From the human T2T-CHM13v2.0 reference genome, Homo sapiens, in the NCBI RefSeq assembly GCF_009914755.1, contig NC_060947.1: a DNA stretch of 64,000 nucleotides. The stretch is one strand, 5' to 3'. The position numbers and the translations under genes are program-made. The notes beneath the pieces are model-generated. The model had not been told where the DNA came from, did no database searches, and saw only the letters and a program-made list of their open reading frames with translations. Positions 15,678 through 30,453 of the stretch are shown one piece after another; the stretch's first letter is position 1, and the number at the start of each line of letters is the position of its first letter.

Positions 15678-17791
15678 GTATGTTGACTTTCTTAGCACGG
15701 AGCTTGCACTTCTACAGAGGAGAATCAGGGAAGGGAGAGTTCCTGCTGAGTCTGTTTGCTTTTGTCTTCTGCTTTGCAGCCTCCAATCCATTTGCAGAAA
15801 GGTGAAGGACACTACCGTAGGGTGGTGCTTCCCTTGTTGGGATATCACACTTGTGACAACTAAAGCCTTTGAATTGAGCTAAGACTAGAGGGTAGATACC
15901 AGCGGTGACTGAGAAGGGAAGTGGTGGCATCTGACAACCCAGAGGACTCGTGTCAGCAGGAGGGGCCCTTCAGATTAGAACCTAATCAATCACTTCATTA
16001 ACTTGCAAATCTAACCAGAAGTAAAAATAAAATGACTACAAAAGAGAGGAGTGGGCAGAGAAGGAAGAAAAATGGGCTGCTGGCATCAAGAAGCCAGAAA
16101 GACACACAAAGCCAAGAATGCCCAGTGCTGTGGAGCCACCAAATTGAAAGCAGGGGCAGAGAACACCTCGTTCAGCAGTTTTGAAAGCTGTCACTAGATG
16201 ATGGCACAGTCACTAGAGAGTCTTAATGACAAAGAAATCTTATGTTCAGATTCTTGGAATGGGGAGAAGAGAGTCTCAGAGATTGAGTTCACTCAGGCTT
16301 CTGTGAAGAAAATGGAATAAATAGCCTTCAGTCCACAGTAAGCAAATACGGCAGACCCAGGACTAAACCCCAGGGCCCTGACTACTCCCAGGTTAGGGAT
16401 GTTTCTACTCTGCCATCTTGCTTCTCATTGATGGGCAGATCTTAATTCATGTGGATGACATTCAGAGACCAAAGCTACATTGGGGAGGAAAAGGAAGGAA
16501 GTAAGAGGGTTAAGATAAAGAGAATCCTACCGGGCCCCAGAGGCAAACATATAGGAGCAGACAAGCATATGGGGCCAGGGAATCTCCTCCACTATAGCTG
16601 AAGAAGCAGGTGGTTCTGAGTAACTACAGATTACTTGGTGAGGCACATCAGCAGATGAAGTCTTAGCAGAGAAGGGCAGGTTGGTCAGAAACCTGAGAGT
16701 TAACCACTTACATAGGAGCAAATGGAATGAGGCTTCCAATTCTAGTGGAGTGACAAACCAGATACTCTAGGGACCCCCCTTTCCATTGCACAACTACTAA
16801 ATCCAGAATCAGTCATTACTGATCCATTGCTAGGCTTGGAGGAAGGAAGGGGACTCTCTAGGGACAATCTCAGTCACTTGCACACATGCATATGCACAGA
16901 CACACATGCACGCACACAAAGAACAGCTGTGAGCTGGTGCTGCTGGTGGTGAAAGAAGCAGGAGGAGCAGGGCTGCGCTGAGGGCAAGGATTTCAAGCAG
17001 CACTGCTGTCCAGAGTGAACCCTGGGCCAGCAGCAGGATGGTGGGCCACACCCAAGCTGCCCGTGACACTTCTGGGTCCTCCGACAGAGCTAACGTGGAT
17101 CTAGATTGTTAATGTCCCCCCGCCCCTTGGGCTTCTGTCAGAAGCAGACCCAAATCTCTGGAAGAAAGTACCCTGAATTTTGGCTTGTAGGATCAGATCA
17201 AGCAGTTACTTTGAGGAAGTGCAGTCTGAGGAAGAAAAGCAGAGGTGACTCTCAGAAACAGGCATCCTGGAACTGGAAAGATGCTCAACCCAGGAGTCAG
17301 TATCTAGAACTTCAGTGTCGGATCTGAGTAGGCTCTACAGACAGAGCATGAAGGGTGGGTCCAGGAGTATAGGCAGGGGCAGAGCTCAGTTGGCCCAGGC
17401 GTGAGGAGAAGGGCCATCAAGACGGGGCCAGGCAGGGCACACAATGACATGTCTCCTGTAGGAGAAGGCATTGGTCTTCCTGCTCTAGAGGGTAGCAGGC
17501 CCCAGCGGATAATCTAAGCAGAAGGTCAGGGGGAGGCAAACTGTCTGGAATAAGTATCATATCAGGACATCTACAGGAGACATGTCATTGTGAGCTGGAA
17601 AAAGATGCATGACTAGTTTTTGGAAATAATGCAGAGGTCTACAGCAGGCTGAGAACTGATCTGGCCCAGGGCTGTGCTGCACACCACAGAAAACAGTGGC
17701 ATCCTGGGGATCCTGACAGCAAACCTGGGCCTGGCTGCACCAAATTGGAAGGTCTGGCTGTGTCACATCAGAGGTCTGTACACCAGCCTGA

Positions 17792-17947
<156 letters not shown>

Positions 17948-18436
17948 TGAGCTAGGCGGTAACTCCTGATCACGTGCTGCTAAGAACGTTTTGTAGAGTG
18001 CGGGAGTCTTACGGGTTCAGAGACTGTGGAGGAGGCTTGATCTCCATATACAATTGCACATAGTCGCAGAGGCTTTGCACAACTGGGAGCTGAATGAGCT
18101 TCCAAGTCTAAGACAGTAGATGAGTGTTGGTGGTTCTGCATGCTTAGTACTGTAGGGAAGACAAAAGAGGTCTTTTCAGGAAAGACTATTTCTGGCAGAG
18201 GGCCAGCAAGTGCAAAAGCCCTGGGGCAGAAGCACTAGAGTGTTCTAGCTTGCGTGGGAGAATGCCAGGAGTGACAGAGTGGGCTAGATCATGTAGGCCT
18301 TGGCGGGCACAGAGTTTGGATTTTATTCTAAGTGACATTGGGGTCCCCATTCTCCACAGTGTGTGGCACTTTGTAACCCCAGGTTGTTGGTTCCAATCCA
18401 TTTAGGGTGTCACCTCTGGGTGCACTGAGAAAAACA

Positions 18437-18759
18437 ACCCTCCCCTTTGCCTTGACAGAATGTTAGGCAGGCTTCTGTCCTCCCCACAGGGCCTGAACTT
18501 TGCTTGCTCCTGGTTAAGTAAGTGCTGCAATGCAGAACATGCCCCACTTAGCAGCTTCTCCTGAGAACCGGCTGACCACAGGGAAACACATTTCTGGTCA
18601 AATCATGCCAAACAGGTTCCCCTTTGCTTGCCCACTGGCCCTTGAAAGTAGCTGAGCTGCTAGCTGTGCTTACTACTCCCTACTGAAAAAAAAGGCTTTT
18701 TTTTGTATTATTTTGTGATGTTTTTTGTATTATTTTGTGATGTTTGCAAGTCCTGAGGT
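18437..18759 (+). repeat. Inverted near-identical copy of 2523-2848
   Basis: Reverse complement matches base by base apart from ~2-3 substitutions and homopolymer lengths. Confidence 0.95.
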
Positions 18760-18857
18760 CCAGGATGTGCCACGGGCTCACAGCATCTGCTCGCCCACCT
18801 TGTTCAGGCATCCCCTTCCCACTCCACTCATTCCTCTTGCTTTGCTTTGTGTGTTGA

Positions 18858-18980
<123 letters not shown>

Positions 18981-19712
18981 GTGGGTGCTGGCACTGCAAA
19001 GGACAAGTGGCCAAGAGACTCATTAAGGAGTAGAGATGCACCCTGGTCTCTCCTGGAGTCTCAGCCCCAGACACAGCTATCTTTCTTGGCTCTTCCTTAT
19101 GTTCAGGGGGCCTTGTGTCCTCATGTCCCTATGCCTTGTGATACTTTGAGATCTTAGGTGGCATGGACAAAGGCCCTCAATGAGGACACTTCCAAATCAC
19201 ACCTTCCGTCCAGCACCTGAGCCGAGCCCTCTAGCTACCCTGGGATACTCGCTCGGCCGCTGTTGTTAGCCCCATTTTGCAACAAGGAAATAAAGATATA
19301 GAAAGGGAGGGGACCTGGAGAAACCCAGGTAGAATCAGGACCTCACCCCAGGTCTTTGGATTCTTGTCCAGGGCTCTCTGTTCACTGTCACTCGCATAGC
19401 TTCAGATCAGGACTGCATAGCCATGGTGCTCAGTGAAACAAGCCTCTGGGCCACATTATGAGAACTGCCTGAAGATGTGTGTTTGCATGCTCATAGCCAG
19501 TGGAATTTATCACGGTGTCTGAGCACAGAGCAGAATATATCCCTTGAAGGCAGTAGCAACCAGGCTTTCCACTAGCTCCATGCTGATGGTCTTCTCTCCA
19601 GAAGACACACCTTGAGCTAGGTGGTAACTCCTGATGACTGGAGCAGTCACCCACCCTGAGGGCCTCTAGCTGATGTGTTTCCAGTCTCATGGCTACTTCT
19701 GTTTTCTTTTAG

Positions 19713-21918
19713 CGACCCCCCACCGCCAGGCTGATCAGAAGCTGATGACTCGTGGACAAATTTGGCTGTCCCCAGTTTTGCCCCAAGTTGCTGTCTCCCC
19801 TTCCCTCACCTCCTCCCTCCCTGTTTGATTTCTTCATGCTTTTGCCCTTCTCAAGTTGAAGTTGCATACATCCAATATCGTATCTTAATGATGCTATGAT
19901 AATTGCTTGTGTGTGTAGCTTCTTGTAGCTTAGAAAGCGCTTTATGCCCATGATGTCATTTCAGGCTCAACCAAAGAGGATCAAACAGGAATTCCATCTT
20001 GGCTTCCCTAAGACAGATTGGCTTTCTAATGAGTTTAAGTGGGCAGAAGTGTAGGGTTCAGTGTGTCCTGACTCCCTTGAGGCTTATAATGGGCCAAGTT
20101 GAAGACTGTTGATGATCCCTGGTGGGTAAATTGCAGACATCAAATGCTAGGGATTGGCATAGGCTAGTGTTTAGCTTGTCTATTTGCCATATCTATTTTT
20201 TTTAAATTTCCATACACTTGTAAAAGTAGTTAGTTGCTTTTGATTGAGTTATATAGCAGTTTTTCATTTGGTCTTCCACTCACCTTTCACTATATTTGAG
20301 TGTTCCCTTACAGGTATGTTGGCATGTGTTGGAAAATTTACACAATTAGGTTTAAATTCAGTAGGATGTGATTTTAGGATGCTACTGATCAAAGTGATAT
20401 CTGTGTCTGTTGGAATCTTGATAGCTGATTAATTTGCCCTCAATTCTGCTCCCTGAACTTCACACATAAATCTTCCCAAGTGGGTTTTAGGGTGTATAGA
20501 TCCCAGCAGGATTAAGGAGGTGGAAAAGCAGCTAACATTTCTTGAGGCTCTACCACATAGCAGGCACTGTCACAGAGTAATGGCATTAATCCCCATAATA
20601 ATCCTGTGAAGGTGATATTCTCATCCCATCTTAGACATGAGGATATTGGAACTCAGAGAGGTGGCTATTGCATTGCGCAGAACGCTACAGAGCCCATGCT
20701 CTTCCCAGAGCAGCACCCACAAAAGCAAGCATTGATTTTGTGCTCAGTGTGTGCCAAGCACTGTGCAGAGGGTACACAGTTCCTGCCAGGTTAACACCCT
20801 CCCTTCAGGCCTCCCAAAGGCATAGGCTTGCAAAGAGCAGAAGGTGTGAAATCACACTCTTCCTCTGGGCATCCTGGATCCCTGAATTATCCCCCCCCCC
20901 ATGAAGTACTTCAAGGGCCAAGCTGCCCCTTTCCCTCCTCTCCGCCCATGAAAATGCCTCCAAACTGAGATGCTTTCAGCTGAGAACAGATTTGACTCAC
21001 AGACATTACCAAAGAGGAGCTTGTGAATCCAGGAAAAGCTCCAGGGGGCTAGCTGATCTGAGCAGAGAGCTTTCAGTGACCCATTTTCCTGTCTAGACTC
21101 TGCCTTAAGCTAGTGGCAACTGCTGGGGCCCCAGGTACTTGGGACATGGAAACTCGTTGGATGGCTGGGCAGATGTAAGCCTGTCCATGCAGTCAGCCGA
21201 TCCTCTGCTCAGGTTCAGCTGGACTCTGCCATCTGTGGGCCCAGCATCACTCTGTAAGTTCCTTGAAAGGAAGAACAACCTTAGAGTATTTCTGATACAA
21301 AATGAGGGCCTCTGCTCTTGATTTAATTATAAAATGTCTACGTCTTTCTCCAGTTTCTGAGCCCTATGCACATTGGCTTGTGGGCTTGTTCTTCCTGCCA
21401 AATGATCAGAGAGGAACATTCCATTTATTTGTAGTGGATTTCCTCTGGAGGGCATGTACCCACACTAAATACCAACTGCTCTTCCTCAGCTGTAGTCCCC
21501 AACATCAGACTTGGCACGTGGTGGACACTAACACACAGGCACTCAATGAATGAGTGAAGGAAATAAAAGTCACCCCGTTGGTGAGAGGTGCTATCCCTGA
21601 GTCTCAGTGCAGGACCAGTGGATGAAAGGCAAGGTAAAGAGGCCCAAGATAGGCTGGCTTCCCCCGTTCAAGGTATAGTCTGCCTTTAAGGGAGTTTTAG
21701 AACCAACATGCAAGACATTGAAAGAAATCTTGCAAGAGCCATTATTGACTTAGATCCAAAACAGCCTCTCTCATGTCTAAAAAGGCACAGAATTTTGCAG
21801 ATCTGAGGAAGAGGGATGCATTACCTTTTTGCTTCTTTTCAATTGCTTAGTGTTTCTAATCATACTTAATCCACACTAATGTGCGCAATTATAATAAATG
21901 GTAAGATATCACATGTGT
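19713..21918 (+). other. ZNF185: ZNF185 terminal 3'-UTR exon (end approximate)
   Basis: Acceptor gttttcttttag at 19712; AATAAA at 21562 and 21893, the second followed by GT/T-rich sequence. Confidence 0.75.
21893..21898 (+). terminator. Polyadenylation signal of ZNF185
   Basis: AATAAA with a downstream GT/T-rich element (tgtgtcagtgttaaagttttctttt). Confidence 0.65.
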
Positions 21919-23269
21919 CAGTGTTAAAGTTTTCTTTTGAAGTGTAATAACTTGGTGTATTCAGCTGTGTGATTTCTTTATTCCTATTGCCTGAAGCCAT
22001 TCTCTGTACAAAAGTAAACAAGTACTTAATAGCAAGCTCTAGACACTGGGCATGCACAGGAACTGTGGAATTCTAGACACATCAAATCTTAATGAAGAAT
22101 ATTGTATTGTGGCGGCAGAGAGCGGGGGCGGTCCATCCTTCTCATGATTACCACTGCAGACAGACAGCCACCTAGTCATTAGTGCCCACTTCCAGTGACC
22201 AGGAGCTCAGTTCCTTACAAGCCCCTGCTGTCTGTGGTTTTAGAAGATGCATTCTTCAGTTGAGTTAAAGTCCATTTCTGTATGTCACCCACTGGTGGTC
22301 TTTAATCCCTCCGCTAGATGCCAGCTCTTAAAATAGATGAAAATACTTCTCAGATTCTGTCTTGGTCAACTCTTCTCACATTTAAACACCCCTGGTCCCT
22401 CTAACTCTTCCTTGACAGTAATTCTGAATACACATCTCTCAAAGGCCCTCCTCAAAGGTGACCCCAACACATACTCCAACTCATTCCTCTAGATGTGTAC
22501 CAGTGTAATCTGCATGCGATCCAAGTCTTGATTCAACCCAGGGACAGGAAAGGGTGATCAGGAAGTCCAAAGATAGACATAATACTCCGAGAACTCCTTC
22601 TGCCACTGAGTAGGGGCCTCAGGGCCATTGGACTAGTGTCCCTCTAGCTATTTTCTCACCCCAACTTTGGCCTTCATCTTGTTACAATGGGAAGGAAGGA
22701 AGAGCTTTTACTAATTCAAATGACAAGGACTGCAACAGTAGCTCCTAACTAGGTATTTGTAGGACTTTTAATTGGTGACAGTGTGACACAAAGACCTAAA
22801 GGAAAAATAGGGGAGGGTCATTCTGAAACAGCAAGTCGATCCTATTGTTGGGCCTCCTCCATTACCATGACTCCTCCTTTCTATCCCAGGTTTGTATCTG
22901 TGACGGTCTCCTACCCATGCATCTCTATGTCCTCTGGGGACTGCTCCTTGCTTAGGATTGTGTTTGGCCTGTGGATTTTCCTCCCCAGAATGTATTCCTC
23001 TTGTGAAACTTCTCTGTACAGTATCCTCTGCCTGTGAAGGTCCCAAACCTGCTTCTGAATGCCTTCTTCCCACTGTCCTCTGCCTCCTAATGCCTTCTGC
23101 TCCTGGCTCCTTGCACAGTGCCTTCTACCTGCAGATGCCTTCTGCTCTCTGATCTCTGCTGCTGAGTTTGTTCATCACCTAGGGCCCAGCCAATGAGGCC
23201 TATCTGCACAAGGGCTTCTGCCTGTAATTGCCCTTGCCATAGTGTGCTTTGCTTAGTTAGTCTTACTTA

Positions 23270-24110
23270 AGGTCTGTTGATTTTCTTGTTTGTAAAGAAC
23301 CACATCATTGACTTTTTTAAAAAAAAATCATTTTATTGATTTTTTTCTATTATTTTCTGCTCTCTGTTTCATTAATGTCACCTTTAATCTTTGTCATTTC
23401 TTCCCTTCTACTTGCTTTGGATTTACTTTGCTCTTCTTTTTCTAGTTCCTTTAAGTTGTAAAGTTAGGTTATTGATTGGAGATCCTTCTTTCTTTTTTTT
23501 TTTTTTTTTTTTTTTTGAGACAGGGTGTTACCCTGTTCCCAGGCTGGTGTGCAGTGGCACAGTCATGGCTCACTGTAGCCTTGACCTCCTGGGCACAGGC
23601 AATCCTGCCACTTAAACCTCCTGAGTAGCTGGGACTACAGGCACGTGCCACCATGCCTGGCTAATTTTTTCCTTTGAATTTTTTTGTAGAGGTGGGGTTT
23701 GGCCATGTTGCCCAGGCTGGTCTAGAACTCCTGGGCTCAATGAGTCTTCCCACCTTGACCTCCCAAAGTGCTAGGATTACAAGTGTGAGCCACCATGCCC
23801 GGCCAATATCTTTCTTCTTGAATGTATGCATGTACAGCTGGAAATTGTTCTGTGAGCACTTCTCTAGCTGCATGTTGTGTTTTCCTTTTCATTCATCTCA
23901 AAGGTTTTCTAATTCCCCTTATCACTTCTTATTTGATCCACTGGTTATTTTGGAGTTTGTTGTTTAATGTGGGTTCCCCAAATTTCCTTCAGTTATCAGT
24001 TTCTAATTTCATTCCATTATGGTAGGTTAACACACTTTGCATAACTTCAACATTTTAAAATTTGTGCAGGCTTGTTTTATAGCCCTGTGCTTTGCTGTGA
24101 ATGTGTTCTT
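23270..24110 (-). mobile_element. Old L1 fragment interrupted by AluJ (23490-23805, -)
   Basis: T-rich antisense L1 ORF2-type sequence with an embedded Alu consensus. Confidence 0.75.
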
Positions 24111-24741
24111 CATGGGGTTCTCCCTGCACAGCTGCGGTCACTGCCTGTGACCACTGTCCACTCTGCCCTCTGCCTTCACAGCCTCTCTGAATAATGCACC
24201 CTGCTTGAGAACTGCCTCTCCCTCTCTCTGAAAGTCTGCTGCACATTGCTCTTCATTTCTGAGGCCCACTGTACACTGTGCTCCGCATTGTGCTAGCTGT
24301 CCAGTTGTGAGCTTGCTGCAACGTGGCATGCATAATGCTTGGCTGCCAGATCACCTCCTTATCATGTCCTCTGCCTGTAGTGCCCTTGGCAGATCCCCCT
24401 GCTTCAGTATCTCCTCCCACAAATGTCTTCTGCCCATCGATGCCTTCTTTTGATCAGCACCTTGATGTTCCAGTTGGTCACTTAATCACTCAACAAGCAT
24501 TGATTGGATGTCTACCCATGTGCCAGACGTGGGGGCCCCAGTAAAGTAGACACAGTTTGTATTTCTGTGGAGCTCACAGTGTAAGAGGAGAGGAGTAAAT
24601 CAAACATCCCACAACAAAATACTGTTGTGATAAGTGCTCTGAACAAAACATACAGGGTATGTTTTGGAGACAGGGTCAAGGCCCTCACTGCAGCCTTGAC
24701 CTATATGCTATAATATAGTGACCTACTCTGGGCTGCTTGGT

Positions 24742-25941
24742 TATCGGGGGAACCCGCCCCCAATATTTCAACGTAAGTTCTTTCTGTTTTCCATAAATGT
24801 CAGCCAGCTGAGAAATAGAAAGAGTACAAAGAGAGGAATTTTATAGCTGGGCCTCCGGGGGTGACATCACATATTGGTAGGACTGTGATGCCCACCTGAG
24901 CCACAAAACTAGTAAGTTTTTACTAAGGATTTCAAAAGGGGAGGGGGTGTACAAATGGGGAGTAGGTCACATGCTTTAAGGGGCAAAAAGCAGAACAAAG
25001 ATCACATGCTTCTGAGGAAACAGAGCAAGGACAAAATCAGAACTCCTGATAGGGGTCTATGTTCAGCTGTGCATGTATTGTCTTGATAAACATCTTAACA
25101 GAAAACAGGGTTCAAGAGCAGAGAACCAGTCTGACCTCAAATTTACCAGGGCTGGGGGTTTCCCAATCCTAGTAAGCCTGAGGGTACTGCAGGAGACCAG
25201 GGCGTATTTCTATCCTTATCTCAACCTCATAAGACAGACACTCCCAGAGCGGCCGTTTATAGACCTCCCCCCCCAGGAATGCATTCCTTTCCCAGGGTCT
25301 TAATTATTAATATTCCTTGCTAGGAAGAGAATTTAGTGATATCTTCCCTACTTGCACACGTCTGTTTATAGGCTCTCTGCAAGAAGAAAAATATGGCTCT
25401 ATTCTGCCCGACCCCACAGGCAGTCAGACCTTATGGTTGTCTTCCCTTGTTCCCTAAAAATCGCTGTTACTCTGTTCTTTTTCAAGGTGCACTGATTTCA
25501 TATTGTTCAAACACACATGTTTTACAATCAGTTTGTACAGTTAACACAATAGTGGTTCTGAGTGGACCTGATGTATATTCTCAGCTTACGAAGATAACAG
25601 GATTAAGAGATTAAAGTAAAGACCGGCATAAGAAATTATAAAAGCATTAATTTTGGGAGCTGATAAATGTCCATACTAAAATGAAATCTTCACAATTTAT
25701 GTTCCTCTGCTGTGGCTCCAGCCAGTCCCTCCGTTCAGGGTCTCTGACTTCCCGCAACATCTCTCCCTTTCTTTTTGAACATAACAGGATTAAGAGATTA
25801 AAGACAGGCATAAGAAATTATGAAAGTACTAATTTTGGGAACTGATAAATGTCCATGTTAAAATGAAATCTTCACAATTTGTGTTCCTCTGCCACGGCTC
25901 CAGCTGGTCTCTCCGTTCGGGGTCCCTGACTTCCCACAACA
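24742..25941 (-). mobile_element. MER11 (HERV-K11/HML-8) collapsed provirus: full 3' LTR, PPT and partial 5' LTR
   Basis: LTR start tgttg(c/t)gggaagtcag occurs twice; 6-bp TSD ctt(g/a)gt. Confidence 0.88.
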
Positions 25942-26812
25942 CTTAGTCAGGGAAGCTTTTTTACATTTTTGTTTTTAGAGACAGATTTTTACTCTGTCAC
26001 CCAGGCTGGAGAGCAGTGGCATGGTCGTAGCTCACTGCAACCTCAAACTCCTGGGCTCAAGCAGTTATCCAGGCTCAGCCACCTGAGTTGCTGAGACTAC
26101 AGATGCACATACCACCACATCTAACAGAGAAGCTTTTCACAAGGACATGATATTTGGCTTTAGTATGAGTTTGCTATACAAAAGGAGGCTATCTTCCAGG
26201 CCCTCTTTAATGTTCCCCTGCACTCAGCTCCACCCCTCAAGGCTACTCACTTTCCTTGTACAGTGCATCAAGCCTTCTGTGGGGCACTGGGGATACATCA
26301 ATGAGCAAGACAGACAATCTGTGAATTTGTGGAGTGACCATCTCATGGGGAGAAAGACAAAGCAACAATCCTATTTCAGTCGCAATAGCTAAAGGAGCAC
26401 AGAGGTGTGTCACCTGGATTTCTGGGGCTAAGGATGGTATTCTGGGGGAGGTGACCTCTGAACTGAAACCTGAAGGATGAGAAAGAATCATTCATTCATT
26501 CATCCATTTAATAATTTAAATATTTCCTGAGCACCCACTGTGGGCCACACACTATAGTAGGCACTGAGGACACACCAGTGACAAATCAAAGACCCTGTCC
26601 TTCTGGTCAATGATAGGAAGCAGGTGCTAAATAAACATGAAAGTCTTTACTCTTTTTTCATTTTCTTTTGAACCCACTTCTTTGAGGCTCTCACCTCCAC
26701 CATGGTACTAAAAATGCTAGTGCTAAGGTCCCCAATGACCACCACATTGCTAGACCCCATGCACACTTCTCAGGCCTCATTGACTGAGCAGCAGCGTTTG
26801 GTCCAGTGGACA

Positions 26813-27194
26813 TGTATTAGTTTGTTTTCACACTGCTATAAAGAAATACCTGAGACTGGGTAATTTATAAAGGAAAGAGGTTTAATCGACTCACAGTTCC
26901 ACATGGCTGGGAGGCCTCAGGAAACTTACAATCATGGCAGAAGGTGATGGGGATGCAGGCACCTTCTTCACAAGGCTGCAGGAGAGAGAAGTACAAGCAG
27001 GGGAAATGCCAACGCTTATAAAGCCATCACATCTCTGAGAAGTCACTATCACGAGAACAGCATGGGGGGAACTGCCCCCATTATCCAGTCACCTCCCTCT
27101 CTCAACATGTGGGAATTATGGCTCCCTCCCTTGACGTGTGGGGATTACAATTCGTGATTAGATTTGGATGGGGACACAGAGCCAAACCATATCA
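26813..27194 (-). mobile_element. THE1/MST MaLR solo LTR
   Basis: tgtattagtttgttttcacactgct...ccaaaccatatca. Confidence 0.85.
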
Positions 27195-27199
27195 GGTCC

Positions 27200-29760
27200 A
27201 TTCCCTTTGCTAGGCCTCTAGGCCCATTCTGCCTTTCCTTCCACCTCACTGGTCACTCCTTTTCTATCTCCATTGCTGGTTCTTTCTCATCATCCCATTC
27301 TCTCAACTTTGGAGTACTCTAGGACTTTGTTCTTAGACCCCTTCGCTTTTCTATCTGCACTCACTGCGTTGTATCACTGGGGTCCAGGCTTCAACAGATA
27401 CAGTATACACTGCCTCCTTCTGGAATTGCAGCTGCTCCAGCCCACATCATCTTCCTGAACTTCAGACTTGTGTTTCAACTTCCCACAGCTCATTTCCACC
27501 TGGGGAGTCTAATTGTCATTTCATACTCAACCATGGAAGCCATGCTCTATGCATTGCCATCCACAGCTCCGTAAATGGCAGTCCCATTCTTCAGCTTGCA
27601 TAGACCAAAACCTACACATCACCTGCTGATCTCCCACTGCACTTCCAGCCCATCAGCCTAGCCTGTTAACTCTCCCTGCCAAACAGATCCAGAGGCAAAC
27701 CATTTCTCCCCACCTTCACCATAAACATATTGTCCCCTAATCCCCCATGTGGATGATTACAATAACCTAAGCAATCATCTTTCCTTCCTTCCCACCCTGA
27801 AGTGTACCCCAGCATGGCTGCAAGAGTGAAGAGTTTCAATCCGATCACATCCCTCTTCTGCTCCATACCTTCCCCAGGCCTCATTTTACTTGGACTAAAA
27901 GCCAGAGTCCTCAAGGTGGCTGGCCAAGCAGGTGCTGCTTTATCCAGCCCCCACCACCTTTCCTTCTTACTCATACCATTCCAGGCATTCTCTGGCCTTG
28001 AGCTGTGTGCTGGTTGTCTCTTCTGCCTGGAATGCTCATCTCCCAGATGCCCACGTGGCCATCTCCCTTGCGTCCTTCACATCTCTGCTCAGATGCTACC
28101 TTCTTCCTGATCACCTTCATGGACCATCCAATTTAAAATTCTGTGCACACCCATAACACTCCTTATACCTGCTTCCTTGCTTTTTCTCTGTAGCACTTAT
28201 CACAATCTAACATACTACATGTTTTCTTCTTATTTTATTGTTTGTATTTCCTTACTTAAATGAAATCTCCATGAGAGATTTTTGTCCTTTTGCTCCACTG
28301 CTGAATTCCCAGTGCCTATAATAGTGCCCTGCACATAGTAGGTGCTCAGTAAATGTTGACTAAATGAATGCATAAAATAGATGATTTCAGACAAGTTCTG
28401 TAAAATTATAAAGCAGAACGAGCTAGAGCTCTGGTCTCCACATGCTAAATATGGTCTCCACATCCCACGTTAGGCTACTTGTGTTTAAATAGAAATCAAC
28501 TAAAATACATTTTTAAAATCCAGTTTCTCAGTCACACTAGCTCCATTTCAAGTGCCTAGTAACCACACATGGCTAGAGACTACCCTGTTGGGCAGCACAG
28601 GCCTAGAATATTTCCATTCCCACAAGTTTTCCAGGTAGAGGGGCCAGTAAGGGCAGAGGCCCTGAGATAAGATTAAGAGCCAGGTGTGTTTGAGGGACTA
28701 GCCAGCGGGGCTAGAGGGTGGTAAACACACAGCAGAGTGGGGGCCAGATCATGTAGGGTTTGCAGGCCATGGTTAGAAGTTTGAGTTTTAGTCTAAGTGA
28801 TATGGGAAGCCATCCATGGCTTCTGAGCAAAGAAATGATGTCATTTGATTTCTGATTTTTAAAAATCACTATGAGTTATATTTGGAGAATGGACTATAGA
28901 GGAGCAAGAGGAGAGAGAGAGGAGGCTATTGCACTGCAAGTATCAGTGACGGTGGCCTGGACAATGATGGCAGTGGTAGAGATAGAAGTGGATGGAGTTT
29001 ACATGTATTTGGAAGTAGAACTGCAGTACTTGCTGATAATGGAATATGAATCTATGAGGGAAAGAGAAGAAGACAAACTGAGTCTAGTTTTGGAATCAGA
29101 GCAATTGGGTAGATGGTGATGCCAGTATCTTGGGTGAGCTTATGAGCAGTTTGGCACTGATTGAATGGTGTGGCTTGGGAGCCAGAGTTTTGTGTTAGGA
29201 AAATTGGTATTGAGATGTTCTGTTGCCCAAGTGGAGATGTGGGTTAGGCACTTTGACATATAAGCCTAGAGCTTAAGAGGGAACTGGGCTTAGAAGCAGC
29301 CTGCCAATGATAATGAAAGCATGGACAGGCTGAGATCACCAAGGAAGTGAATGTAGATAGTAAAGAGAAGAGGACCCAGGGCACTGAGTCCTGCGGAGAA
29401 TCAAGCAGAGAAGGAGGAATCAGAAAACTCTATCAGGAGAGGCCAGTGAAGTAGGAGGAAACCCGAAGCATGTGGTATCCCAGGAGCCAAGGGGAAAAAG
29501 TGCTTCATGAGGGAAGAATAGTCACCTGGGTCAAAATCTACTGAGATGTTGGTGTAAATAAGATGAGGACAGAGAATTGACCTTTGGATTCATCAAGATT
29601 GAGGTTGTTTGGTCACTTTGTTGAGTCCTTTCAGTAGCAGAATGGGTGAAACCAGTGTTTCAGAGAATCAAGGAGAGCATGGGAGCTGAGAAAGTGTGGG
29701 TGGTAGGCATAGACAAGTCTGAGCTTTGCCATGAAGTGGAACAGAAGAACAGAGTGAGAG
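27200..29760. mobile_element. Cluster of L2 fragments in both orientations, plus a small MER DNA-transposon relic near 28480-28620
   Basis: L2 3' end atagtaggtgctcagtaaatgttgactaaatgaatg at ~28335-28370 and typical L2 body motifs. Confidence 0.65.
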
Positions 29761-29769
29761 GTAGAGGGA

Positions 29770-30360
29770 TGTGCTAGTTAATTGTATGTGTCAACTTGAC
29801 TGGGATAAGGGATGCTCAGATAGCTGGTAAAAACATTATTTCTGGGTGTGTCTGTGAGGGTGTTTCCAGGAGAGATAGCATTTCTATCAGTACAATGAAT
29901 AAAGATCACCCTCACCAGTGTAGGAAGGCATCATCCAGTTGTTTGAGGGGCCAAATAGAACAAAAAGATGGAGGGAGAGCAAATTCTTTCTCTCGCTCTC
30001 TCTCTCTCTCTCGCTCGCTCATTCTCTCTTTCTCTCTCTTCTTGAGCTGAAACATCTATCTTCTCCTGTCCTCAGACATCAGAGCTCCTGGATCTAAGGC
30101 TTTCAGACTCCAAGGTGTACACCAATGGGCCGCGCTCCCCACTCCTTTAGCTTTGGATTAGAAGTAACACCATAAACTCCCCTGGATCTCAGGCCTTTGA
30201 ACTTGGACTGAATTATTCCACCATCTTTCTCTATTCTACAGCTTGCAGATGGCATATCATAGAATTTGTTGGCCTCCATAATCATGTGTGCCAATTCCCA
30301 AAATAATATATCTATCAGCTCCTACTGGTTTTGCTTTTCTGGAGTGCTCTGATTAATGCA
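29770..30360 (+). mobile_element. MLT2 (ERVL) LTR
   Basis: tgtgctagttaattgtatgtgtcaacttgactggg... start. Confidence 0.8.
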
Positions 30361-30453
30361 AATGGGAATTTGGAGGGTTTGTGTCTGTCCGTGTCATAGG
30401 TAAACAAGGAGAGCATTCCTGAGTCCTAACTAAGTCTTATGGGGAAGGGGTAT

